This document shows positions 32,546 through 42,675 of a stretch of 64,000 bases of DNA, piece after piece. The notes under the pieces were generated by a model, which saw only the letters and a list, made by a program, of their open reading frames with translations, made no database searches and was not told the origin of the DNA. Origin of the DNA: Candidatus Poribacteria bacterium (GTDB taxonomy: Bacteria > Poribacteria > WGA-4E > PCPOR2b); contig OZ244587.1 in NCBI GenBank assembly GCA_965218095.1, positions 3,424,001 through 3,488,000 of the forward strand. The letters run 5' to 3'. The translations under genes and the position numbers were made by a program. Position 1 is the first letter of the stretch, and each line of letters opens with the position of its first letter.

Positions 32546-33736
32546 CTACTCAAATGGATAAGACGGCAGTAGCTTACTCACGGGTTTATCAACCCGATAG
32601 CCGAGCGCGTATTCCGCTTGAATCAACTGATGGATTTCCTGTGTCCCCTCATAAATCAGCGTCCCGCGTGCGTTTCGGAAGTAACGTTCAACAGGGTGCG
32701 CGTCACTGTAGCCGTGCGCCCCGTGAATCTGTATGGCATCGTCTGCGGCCTGGAAGGCGTTCCGGCAGTTTGTCCACTTGGCGAGGCTGGCCTCGCGGGT
32801 GCACCGTATCCCCTGATTCTTCATCCAGCCGACCTGATAGTAAAACAGCCGTCCGATGTCGCGTCCGGCGACCATGTTGGCGATTTTTTGCTGGACAAGC
32901 TGGTGTTTGCCGATGGGCTGTCCGAAGGTCTCGCGCTGCCTAGCATAAGTTACACTCGCCTCAAGACACGCCTCTATCAAACCAACTGCGCCCGCCGCGA
33001 CCATGTAGCGTCCGTTGTCCAGCGCACTCATGGCGATTTTGAAGCCCTCACCTTCCTCACCGACGTGGTTTTCAGCGGGTACGCGCACGTCTTTCAAGAC
33101 GATACCCCCGGTGTTACCGACGCGCCCACCTAACTTGTGGCGGATACTCGAAGTACTCACACCGTCAAAACTGCGCTCGACAATAAACGCCGAGATACCA
33201 CGATGTTTCGCCGCACGGTCTGTGTAGGCGAAGATGATAAAGTGGTCTGCGACATCGGCAAAGCCAATCCACGCCTTCTCTCCGTTGAGGATGTAGGTAT
33301 CGCCATCACGCTGAGCAGTCGTGCGGATATCGACGACATCACTGCCCGCGCCCGGCTCGGTCAGCCCAAACGCCGCTAATTTCTCCCCACGCGCCTGCGG
33401 GACGAGATACTTTTGCTTCTGCGCTTCGTCCCCCCACTGAAACAGCGTCAGCGAATTAAGCCCAAGGTGGACGGCAATTAGCACGCGAAACGCGCTGTCG
33501 GCTCGCTCCAGTTCTTCGGAAACGATGCCGAGGCTTAAGTAGTCCAGGCCCAACCCGCCATAGCGCCGGGGGATGCAAACCCCCAACAGCCCCTCGTCCG
33601 CCATCTTCGGCACAACCTCCCGCGGAAACTGCTGGACGCGGTCCCAGTTGCGCAGGTGCGGCAGAATCTCACGACGACAGAATTCGCGGGTCGAACTGCG
33701 GAAGGTATCGTGGTCCGAGGTTAATGTGAAGTCCAT
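32546..33736 (-). CDS. Acyl-CoA dehydrogenase
   Basis: FGLTEPGAGSD, LNGEKAWI, QIHG..GYS, IYEGT. Confidence 0.95.
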   Translation of the reverse strand: MDFTLTSDHDTFRSSTREFCRREILPHLRNWDRVQQFPREVVPKMADEGLLGVCIPRRYGGLGLDYLSLGIVSEELERADSAFRVLIAVHLGLNSLTLFQWGDEAQKQKYLVPQARGEKLAAFGLTEPGAGSDVVDIRTTAQRDGDTYILNGEKAWIGFADVADHFIIFAYTDRAAKHRGISAFIVERSFDGVSTSSIRHKLGGRVGNTGGIVLKDVRVPAENHVGEEGEGFKIAMSALDNGRYMVAAGAVGLIEACLEASVTYARQRETFGQPIGKHQLVQQKIANMVAGRDIGRLFYYQVGWMKNQGIRCTREASLAKWTNCRNAFQAADDAIQIHGAHGYSDAHPVERYFRNARGTLIYEGTQEIHQLIQAEYALGYRVDKPVSKLLPSYPFE

Positions 33737-33987
33737 AATTCGCATCTCCGAAAAAGAAGGGTTCACGTCGGTTCGGTAATGGGTTACAATATACCAGATT
33801 TTGCTCTTCTGGTAAACCCAAAAACTCAATTTCTCAACACCTTCAGTCATCGTGAAAGTTCGTTAAAATGTGCGTAACTCCCAAAATCGTGTTATAATAT
33901 TAGTTATCCTGGCGCCAAAAGGTAAGCCTCAACCATTTTGAATGAGGCACATGATCAAGGCGGCTAATCAAAAGAAAGAGGTTGAAC

Positions 33988-34926
33988 ATGAGCCATACAT
34001 TTTCTGGAGGTCGTCGGCTCCGCGATGCGCTATCCGCGGAAACCCCTTTACAAGTCGTCGGAACTATTAACGCCTACTCAGCGTTGATGGCGGAGTCCGT
34101 AGGGTTTCGGGCGATCTACCTTTCGGGCGCGGGCATCGCAAACGCTTCTTATGGCCTCCCAGATCTGGGCATGACTACTCTAAATGATGTGCTGGAAGAT
34201 GTGCGTCGCATTACTAGCGCAACGCAACTCCCGCTTCTGGTCGATGCGGACACCGGCTGGGGAAATGCGTTCATGATTGCCAAAACCATCCGCCAGATGA
34301 TCAAGGCTGGCGCCGCTGGCGTACATATCGAAGATCAGGTGCAGGCAAAGCGTTGTGGCCACCGCCCGAACAAGGAAATCGTGACCGCAGAAGAGATGGC
34401 TGATCGGGTCAAATCCGCTGTCGATGCCAAAACAGACACGGCCTTCGTCCTCATCGCGCGGACCGATGCCGCCGCTGTCGAAGGCCTGGATGCCGCCATT
34501 GAGCGTGCGTGTCGCTATAAGGCAGCGGGTGCAGACATGATCTTCGCCGAAGCCTTGACGGAACTCGATCAGTACCGAAAGTTCGCCGACGCCGTTGGCG
34601 TTCCCATCTTGGCGAACATCACGGAATTTGGCAAGACACCGCTATTCGCCACCGAAGAACTCAAAGATGCCGGGGTTAGCTTGGTGCTTTATCCTCTATC
34701 TGCATTCCGTGCAATGAACGCGGCGGCGCTCAATGTGTATCAAACGTTGCGTCGTGAGGGGACGCAAAAGGGCGTGGTTGATACCATGCAAACACGAGCA
34801 GAATTGTATGAGTTCTTGAATTACCACGAATATGAGCAGAAACTCGATCAGCTCTTGACAGTAGAACGTAATACTAGCTTGTTTGGTGTAGAACGTGCTG
34901 CTAGCTCGCTCAAAAAGGAGGACTGA
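33988..34926 (+). CDS. prpB: 2-methylisocitrate lyase
   Basis: [28 protein letters not shown]. Confidence 0.96.
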   Translation: MSHTFSGGRRLRDALSAETPLQVVGTINAYSALMAESVGFRAIYLSGAGIANASYGLPDLGMTTLNDVLEDVRRITSATQLPLLVDADTGWGNAFMIAKTIRQMIKAGAAGVHIEDQVQAKRCGHRPNKEIVTAEEMADRVKSAVDAKTDTAFVLIARTDAAAVEGLDAAIERACRYKAAGADMIFAEALTELDQYRKFADAVGVPILANITEFGKTPLFATEELKDAGVSLVLYPLSAFRAMNAAALNVYQTLRREGTQKGVVDTMQTRAELYEFLNYHEYEQKLDQLLTVERNTSLFGVERAASSLKKED

Positions 34927-36047
34927 TGCAAACTAAAAGAACTGGCGGTCTAGCCGGCGTCATCGCAGGCAAAACCGCAATCGCCACGGTGGGGAAAGAA
35001 GGCGTCGGATTCACCTATCGTGGGTATTCCATTCACGATTTAGTGGAGCATGCGACCTTTGAAGAAACAACTCACTTGCTGATTCACGGGGTGTTACCGA
35101 CGCAAACTGAGCTTGATGACTACAAGAAGAAACTGATTGGGCTGCGCGGTCTATCCGCCGGGCTCAAAACGGTTCTTGAGCAAGTACCGGGTGATGCACA
35201 TCCGATGGATGTCATGCGCACCGGCTGTTCCACCTTGGGGACAATGGAGCAGGAAAGCGAAACGAACGATCATTTTCACATTGCGGATCGGCTCGTCGCC
35301 TGTTTTGGTTCAATGCTGCTCTATTGGCATCATTTTCACGCAAATCGAGCACGCATCAATACCGAAACAGATGATGATACGATTGCTGGACATTTTCTCC
35401 ATCTGTTGCATGGCGAACAATCCGATGAATTGAGGCGTAGAGCCGTTGATGTTTCGTTAATCCTCTACGCCGAGCACGAATTTAACGCCTCAACCTTTGC
35501 AGCACGCGTCGCAACATCTACGTTATCCGATTTCTATTCGGCGATTGTCGCCGCTATCGGTACGCTGCGCGGTCCTCTTCATGGCGGCGCCAATGAAGCG
35601 GCGATGGAACTCATTTCAGGATTTCAGACGCCGGACGAAGCCGAAGCGGGTATTCTGGACATGCTTGCTAAAAGGCAGTTAATCATGGGATTCGGGCACC
35701 GTGTCTACAAGATTTCCGACCCACGCTCGGATATCATTAAAGGGTGGTCGCAGAAACTCTCCGAGGGGAGCAGCGACAAGGTGTTATACGAAATCTCTGA
35801 ACGTATTGATCAGGTCATGTGGCGGGAAAAGAAGTTGTTTCCGAATCTCGATTTTTACAGTGCCTCCGCTTATCATTTGTGCGGCATTCCGACGCCAATG
35901 TTCACACCCATCTTCGTCATGTCCCGGATTACCGGCTGGGCTGCGCACATCATTGAGCAACGAGGCGACAACAGGCTCATTCGCCCGAGGGCAGAATACA
36001 TCGGTCCCGAGCCGAAACCTTTCATTCCGATAGCAGACCAAACTTAA
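34926..36047 (+). CDS. prpC: 2-methylcitrate synthase
   Basis: YAEHEFNASTF, GPLHGGAN, GFGHRVY, FPNLD; follows prpB. Confidence 0.93.
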   Translation: MQTKRTGGLAGVIAGKTAIATVGKEGVGFTYRGYSIHDLVEHATFEETTHLLIHGVLPTQTELDDYKKKLIGLRGLSAGLKTVLEQVPGDAHPMDVMRTGCSTLGTMEQESETNDHFHIADRLVACFGSMLLYWHHFHANRARINTETDDDTIAGHFLHLLHGEQSDELRRRAVDVSLILYAEHEFNASTFAARVATSTLSDFYSAIVAAIGTLRGPLHGGANEAAMELISGFQTPDEAEAGILDMLAKRQLIMGFGHRVYKISDPRSDIIKGWSQKLSEGSSDKVLYEISERIDQVMWREKKLFPNLDFYSASAYHLCGIPTPMFTPIFVMSRITGWAAHIIEQRGDNRLIRPRAEYIGPEPKPFIPIADQT

Positions 36048-36162
36048 AGAGCAAAAGGAAAGGTGGAAGGTTCAGTTCCCAGTTCTCGCCGCAATGGTGT
36101 TGTAGATTGATTCTCTTCGGATGGGTCAAATTCGGCGACGAACCTTTCGAGGGTTTAAACTA

Positions 36163-36969
36163 GGTTCTGTTGACATTTCAAGGGAGCCATATAAGAGTGG
36201 CGACAAAGCTGAGAAATCCAAAATAACGGACAGCTAGCTTCTCAAACCGAGAGAAGATACGACGATACCATTTTATCTTGTTAATGAAACATTCAACCCG
36301 ATGTCTCTCTTTGTATAAGTGTTTGTCATACGTTCTTTGGTCAACACGATGACTTTTTGGCGGTATCACCGCAATCGCTCCATTCGCCTCAATAACGGCG
36401 ATAAAAGCGTCCGAATCGTACCCCTTGTCTCCAATCACATATTCACTGTTATATCCGATTATCAACCCTTCCGCCTCAGTTGTGTCATGTCTCTGACCGG
36501 GTGTCAGATGAATTCTTAGGGGATTGCCTAGTCCGTCAACTGTGATGTGAATTTTTGTACTGAAACCGCCCCGAGAGCGACCTAATGCTTGGTTTTCAGT
36601 TCCACCGTTTTTTTTAAGGCGCCCGCCGCAGACGGGTGAGCGCGGCAGATGGTACTGTCCACAATAAGCGACTCGATATCGGGGTCAGAGGCGAAGTGGT
36701 GGTGCATCTGTGTGAAGATACCTTTGTCGCACCATCGAGCAAACCGCTTGTAGCGGGTGTTCGATTTGCCATAGGTGTCTGGTAGAAGTCTCCATTGAGC
36801 CCCACTACGAGTCACCCACAGAACCGCTTCGACGAAGCGGCGTGTAGCAGCTAGATGGTGGGACAGCTTAGAAGAAACCGGTATATCTTATTCCATTGTT
36901 CATCAGGTAAGGTTATTGGCGTCATTCTTCTATTATGCCACAACCTTATACTCAAATGTCAACAGAACC
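36163..36969 (-). mobile_element. IS5-family (IS427-like) element, 807 bp, two-ORF transposase with damaged N-terminus
   Basis: 16-bp TIR GGTTCTGTTGACATTT, TA duplication; [26 protein letters not shown]; A8 slippery site; in-frame TAG near 36852. Confidence 0.92.
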
Positions 36970-37003
36970 TAATACCGATGACTCGTTGATTCACCGATCC
37001 ATT

Positions 37004-38293
37004 ATGAAAATCGCCTATATTGCCGCAGGCGCCGCAGGCATGTACTGTGGCACCTGTATTCATGATAATACCTTCGCCGCGGCTTTGCAGAGGAAGGGAC
37101 ACGAGGTTGCTCTTATCCCAACCTACACACCCATCCGTACCGATGAAGCCGATATCAGCATCGATCGCGTATTTTACGGTGGGATTAATGTATATCTCCA
37201 GCAGAAATCGGGGTTATTCCGGCATACGCCCTGGATGTTTGATCGCTTATTCGATAGTCCCGCGTTGTTGAATGGGTTATCGCGTTTTCGTACCTCCACC
37301 AACGCCAAAGCCCTCGGGGCGCTCACCACTTCGGTGCTTCAGGGCGAGGAGGGACGACAGAAAAAGGAACTGGCGAAATTGGTGAAATGGTTGAAAGATG
37401 TCTATCAACCCGATATCCTCCAACTCACCAACTCTATGTTTGTGGGATTTGCGAGGGAAATGAAAAAAGCGTTGGGGGTTCCGATTCTTTGTGCGCTTCA
37501 GGGGGAAGACATTTTTTTGGAAAATCTCACTGAGCCGTACCAGTCGCAAGCACTGAGACTGCTACAACAGCGGGCTTCGGATGTGGACGGGTTCATTGCC
37601 CCTTGCCAATACTACGCCGATTTCATGGCAGGTTATCTGAATGTTCCAGTGGATAAAATTCATGTCGTGCATCTCGGTTTGAATCTGGATGGTCACGGAG
37701 ATCATCAAAAGAACATCAGCAAACCGCTTTTTGTTATTGGATACTTAGCCCGCATTTGTCCTGACAAGGGCCTGCATCTGCTGGTCGATGCGTTTTATCA
37801 GTTGACGGAGCAGATCGGATTGGATAAAATTCGACTCAAGGTTGCTGGCTACCTTGGTAAGGGGGATAGGCATTATTTTGAGAAGATAGTCAAGCAGATC
37901 GACAGATGGGGCGTATCGGATGCTTTTGAACATTGGGGTGAAGTCGATCGCCCTCAAAAAATCGATTTCCTCAACAGCCTCCATGTCTTATCCGTACCGA
38001 CAACATACAAGGACCCGAAAGGACTTTTCGTTTTGGAAGCACTCGCCAATGGCGTTCCAGTCGTTCAGCCGCGACATGGCGCCTTCCCCGAATTGATAGG
38101 AGCGACAGGCGGAGGCATATTGGTGGACGTTGAATCTCCCAGCGCCATCGCGGAAGGCATTCTTCAGTTAATGAATGATCCAAACGAACGAGAAAAACTC
38201 GGTCGGCAGGGGAAGGAAGCGGTGCATCGAGCGTTTAGCGATGACGTGATGGCAGAGGCGACTATGGCGGTTTATCGGAAGTATCTTGCGTGA
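37004..38293 (+). CDS. Glycosyltransferase family 4
   Basis: ARICPDKG, GLFVLEALANGVPVV. Confidence 0.9.
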   Translation: MKIAYIAAGAAGMYCGTCIHDNTFAAALQRKGHEVALIPTYTPIRTDEADISIDRVFYGGINVYLQQKSGLFRHTPWMFDRLFDSPALLNGLSRFRTSTNAKALGALTTSVLQGEEGRQKKELAKLVKWLKDVYQPDILQLTNSMFVGFAREMKKALGVPILCALQGEDIFLENLTEPYQSQALRLLQQRASDVDGFIAPCQYYADFMAGYLNVPVDKIHVVHLGLNLDGHGDHQKNISKPLFVIGYLARICPDKGLHLLVDAFYQLTEQIGLDKIRLKVAGYLGKGDRHYFEKIVKQIDRWGVSDAFEHWGEVDRPQKIDFLNSLHVLSVPTTYKDPKGLFVLEALANGVPVVQPRHGAFPELIGATGGGILVDVESPSAIAEGILQLMNDPNEREKLGRQGKEAVHRAFSDDVMAEATMAVYRKYLA

Positions 38294-38380
38294 AACGTAA
38301 AACGTGATGCGTAAGACGTATTGTGTAAACGAACTCTTGAACCAATAAACCCTTGAACTCATGGAGAGGAGGATTTTTAG

Positions 38381-38857
38381 ATGCGTATGACTTGGCTCAT
38401 CTTCGCCTTAATGACCGTCGCCTCGTGGGGGCTTTACGGTGTCTTTCTTCATACGGGACAGGTGTCCATGAGCGATCCGGTTCATGGACGTTACAAAGCC
38501 TTTCTTTTCGTCGGGCTCGCTTATTTGTTGACAGCGGTTATCGGGTCAGCGATCATGTTGGTCGTCAACGGCGCCGCATGGAGCTTCCCGGCGAAGGGGA
38601 TGGTATGGTCAACCTTCGCAGGACTTGTCGGTGCGGTGGGGGCGTTCGGCGTCCTATTGGCGTTTGGCGCGAGAGGTACCCCGCCTGTGGTCATGTCCAT
38701 CGTTTTTGCCGGTGCACCGATTGTCAATGCGATTGTTGCGACAGCGTTGCATCCACCTGCGGGAGGCTGGGGAAGTTTACGTTGGCAGTTTATCCTCGGC
38801 ATTCTGTTAGCGGCAATTGGCGGCTGTCTGGTGACGCTCTATCGGCCGGGGTCGTAG
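38381..38857 (+). CDS. EamA/DMT-like membrane protein
   Basis: About five TM helices; RBS GGAGG. Confidence 0.75.
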   Translation: MRMTWLIFALMTVASWGLYGVFLHTGQVSMSDPVHGRYKAFLFVGLAYLLTAVIGSAIMLVVNGAAWSFPAKGMVWSTFAGLVGAVGAFGVLLAFGARGTPPVVMSIVFAGAPIVNAIVATALHPPAGGWGSLRWQFILGILLAAIGGCLVTLYRPGS

Positions 38858-39149
38858 GCAGCCTTGTGGGAAGGTGTTTTAGCTATGAGAAAGGTTGACT
38901 TCTCGACAGGGGGTACCTTTCAAAGAGTTGCTAAGTGCTAGCAAAGCTGGAGAACCTCATTCTCAGAACACCAGACTGACGCGAATTTCTGAGATAAAAT
39001 CCGCGAAAATCGGCGAAATCAGCGGATAATTCAGTTTTTGCTCTGTAGATGATGCGAGAGATAAGTAAGAGATTAGTAAACGTTCAGGTGGTAGACCATT
39101 CCAAAGCCTCCTCCCTTGTACCTCAGAGATCCGTTCGGTTGACTCCAAC

Positions 39150-39563
39150 ATGCCACACGAATACCGTACGAAACGACGAATAGAATTCTCCGACACCGAC
39201 ATGGCGGGCATCGTTCACTTTGCCCGGTTTTTTGTTTTCATGGAAACCACCGAACACGAATTCCTGCATTCCTTGGGAACAAGTGTCGCCACGGAATGGG
39301 AGGGAAACAAGATCGGTTGGCCCAGGCTGGCGGCGTCATGTGAGTATTTCCACCCCGTTAAATTTGAAGATGAACTGGACATCCACCTAACGGTTGCAAG
39401 AAAAGGGGTCAAATCGATCGCCTATCAATTCGTGTTTACGAAGGACGATGTGGAGATCGCTCGTGGTCAAGTGGCGGCGGCGTGCTGTATATGCAATCCC
39501 GGCGAAAAGATAAGAGCTATCCCGATACCCGATTTTATCGCTGACCAAATTGAAGAAGCGTGA
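39150..39563 (+). CDS. Acyl-CoA thioesterase (4HBT family)
   Basis: FSDTDMAGIVHF. Confidence 0.9.
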   Translation: MPHEYRTKRRIEFSDTDMAGIVHFARFFVFMETTEHEFLHSLGTSVATEWEGNKIGWPRLAASCEYFHPVKFEDELDIHLTVARKGVKSIAYQFVFTKDDVEIARGQVAAACCICNPGEKIRAIPIPDFIADQIEEA

Positions 39564-39609
39564 TGCGTAAAACGTAAATGAATCCCTGAACCCTTGTACT
39601 TCTGAACTT

Positions 39610-40278
39610 ATGAACTCCCTCAAAGTCTCCGCGATCTATAAAAACTTCGGGAATGAAGCACATCCCATCGAAGTACTTCGTGGTATTTCGTTTGAAATAG
39701 CTCAAGGACAATCGCTTGCTATTACGGGGCCCTCTGGCTCTGGCAAAAGCACGCTGTTGCATCTGATTGGTACGTTAGACCGACCTTCATCGGGAAAGAT
39801 CGAGATCAACGGTGAAGATCTATTTACGCTGCCTGAACCGCAACTCGCCAGATTTCGGAATCAGGTCATCGGCTTCGTCTTTCAAGACCACCATCTTTTG
39901 CCACAGTATTCTGTTTTGGAAAACGTGCTGATTCCGACCATGGCGTTCAAAAATCGGGATGGGAACGCCGAGGGACGTGCGCGTGAATTGCTGGAAAGTG
40001 TCGGACTCGCCCATCGACTCGATCATCGTCCCGCTGAACTTTCCGGCGGTGAACGTCAGCGGGTGGCTGTGGCGCGTGCGCTTATCAATAGCCCAAGCCT
40101 CTTGCTCTGCGATGAACCCACGGGAAACCTCGATCGTTCTACAGCAAACGCAGTCGCCTCGCTCTTGTTTGAATTGCACAAGGCCGAACGAAACATCCTG
40201 ATTGTGGTGACACATAGCCTCGAACTTGCCCGTCGTTTTGAACGCCGATTTGAACTGGTAAATGGTACAATTGTGTAA
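39610..40278 (+). CDS. ABC transporter ATP-binding protein (LolD/MacB-like)
   Basis: GPSGSGKS, LSGGERQRVA, DEPTGNLD. Confidence 0.95.
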   Translation: MNSLKVSAIYKNFGNEAHPIEVLRGISFEIAQGQSLAITGPSGSGKSTLLHLIGTLDRPSSGKIEINGEDLFTLPEPQLARFRNQVIGFVFQDHHLLPQYSVLENVLIPTMAFKNRDGNAEGRARELLESVGLAHRLDHRPAELSGGERQRVAVARALINSPSLLLCDEPTGNLDRSTANAVASLLFELHKAERNILIVVTHSLELARRFERRFELVNGTIV

Positions 40279-40321
40279 GGAATAAACTAACTTCGATTGA
40301 GATTAATTTGGAGGGTTCGCC

Positions 40322-42045
40322 ATGTCTGTAGATTCTTTGACTCTATGTGATTTTTCCTTTCAAAAGCCGACCGGCGGGACGTTGTTGGATACGTCCTCTA
40401 ATCAGAATCACGGTCAAATTCATAATACGACGTGGGAAACGGTCAATTCACATCAATACAGCTTGTCATTCGATGGTTCAGGTTTCGTGCGAGTGCTACA
40501 CCATAAATGCCTCAACCTGTTCGACCCCTTCACGATTGAGGTCTGGGCAAAGGGAACCGGGACCTCACTCAGTTGGCGGGAGATGACCTCCGGAGATCCA
40601 CCGACTCGCGATCTCTATTTTCAAGTCGTTGGCGAATGTGTCTACTTCGCGACGAATACAGATATTCCCCATCCCGAAAAGCGTCGTCGCATCGCACATC
40701 ATCTGATTACCGGCTCTGTTGATACGAACGGGGAAAACTGGACAATACGTGAACATCAGTTCACTCCCTTTTCGCTGATTGAGCCGAAGATGTAGGTCGT
40801 CGGCGATCAGATTTATTACAACTTCTTCGCCCTTGACAAGTCACAGCTAGATGTCACAGGTACTGGCCGCATGGGAGAATTCTACACGGCACGTTCAAAT
40901 CTGGACGGGAGCGATTTTCAGGCGAAACCGCGATTGACGCCAGAGGAATTCGGGCGACGTACTGAACAGAGTTGGTTACAGGTTGTTGGCGAACAGATTT
41001 ACCACGCCTATGTGAAGATGGATGAACACGGAAAATGGCAGTTGTGGACAGCGCAGTCGAATCTAGACGAAAGCGGTTGGCGAACTGTTCAGCGGACAAC
41101 AGAGGGCGGTTGGATTCCGCGCTTTCAAGCGACAACTGATGGCATTTACTACTACTATGGCTGCTATTACAAAACGCACCCGCAGGATACCTTCTACATC
41201 GCAAGATCGGATTTTGACGGGCGCAATTGGCAGGAGATCGCTAAGATTCACGATGAATTCGCTTTTCCTTGGGGATGGTTACTCGTCGCGAATGAGTTGA
41301 TTTATGTAACATACGCTGTGCTAGACAACGATGGAATTGCCTGTTTTCACACCGGACGCCTTGACGTCAATGGTGACCGGCGTCAATTTATCAAGCGAAC
41401 CGACCATTCGACCGGTGCCGGTCCCGGACACATTCGAATCATGGGAAACAGCCTTTATTACTGCTATGGGAAGCTCAAAACGTCCGAAACACCCACGCAG
41501 TTTTGGCTTGCAGAATCCGATCTGGATGGCGGAAATTGGAGGATAGAACCGATCGCCGACCCCAATGTTCGCCATCTCATGAATTACAGTGCCTTCCAGA
41601 TGGTCGGCGGAAGAACCTACTGGTCAGCCAACCGTGCACCGGATCTCTATCGTGATCAGCAAGTCGTTTTCGGAACGTCGGGCTCAAACCTCGTTAACAA
41701 AGATGGCGCATTCGGGATTGGTCTGACCGAAAAACAGCGTGCAAGGGGATTCATTAACTGTGGACAGGGGTATTTAAACCGCGGTGAGACGATAGATGGT
41801 TACACCGTTATGTGATTGAGACGGAGGTTGATGACGATTGGCATGCTTACGTGATGTCATTTGACGGAAGAGCGCTGACATTTTGGATGGACGGCGATGT
41901 TGTGGGAAAGAAATTGGTCGATGTCCCTGTTGAGGTGAATGAGGCACCAATGGTAATCGGCGAGGGTTTCATCGGTAGCGTTGCGCGGGTGTCTATCCGA
42001 AAGAGAGTGAACGTGGGGAAATTCCCGAAACCCGTGTTGAGATAG
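40322..42045 (+). pseudogene. Disrupted LamG-like protein with an inserted repeat (propeller-like) domain
   Basis: ORFs 40322 and 40871 are in one frame separated only by TAG 40793-95; frameshift near 41812; recurring QVVG..IY / S.LDG..W units. Confidence 0.65.
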
Positions 42046-42059
42046 ACTTGAGGTGTTCG

Positions 42060-42640
42060 TCAAATGGAAATTGTATGATTCAGAACCTGATATATCAGTA
42101 TCGAATCGTGCGAACATTTCAGCTACTGGTCAATGGTTTGGAGGGGCAATATCTCCCCGAAGATATGGACGCTAGCTTTTTCGATTACTTGACTGCAGAC
42201 GGGAAGATTGATATGCGACCCCTACTGGCGAACTTCCGCAACTCCATCGCTCGCGCGGGGTATCGCATCCTCGAAGTTCCAGAAATCCCTCAGGAGTTCG
42301 TCAGACAATACCTGTTGTTTGCCTATCTCAATGCCTTTGTGCGACAAATTCGTGGGTTCATGTATGTCGAGGTCAGAACTGGACGGGACAGATGGTTCTG
42401 ATCATCCTGCACAGTGGCGAGAAGTACATCGTCGAGACCAAGATCTAGGGTGGCAAAAGCCTCTATCAAGCGGGCAAGGGTCAACTGGCTGTGTATCTCA
42501 AATCCGAAGGCGCCAAGGAGGGATACTACATTGTGTTTGATCGCCGCCAGAAGCCCGGGTTGAAGAGGAAGTGATCGACAGCAAAGCGATTGTGAGTTAT
42601 TGTATTCCTGCGGTGCAAAAAAGACCGTCTAATGAAACCT
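42060..42640 (+). pseudogene. AAA-ATPase/PD-(D/E)xK nuclease remnant
   Basis: EVRTGR, YIVETKI*, QLAVYL..EG..EGYYIVFD across frames. Confidence 0.6.
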
Positions 42641-42675
42641 GATGCGTCAATCCTAATGGCCTAATACCTCTTCTC

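Noticed and set aside
40793-40795. Pyrrolysine or stop-codon recoding
   Set aside because: TAG ends normal genes here, the context suggests a CAG>TAG mutation, and the gene also has a frameshift
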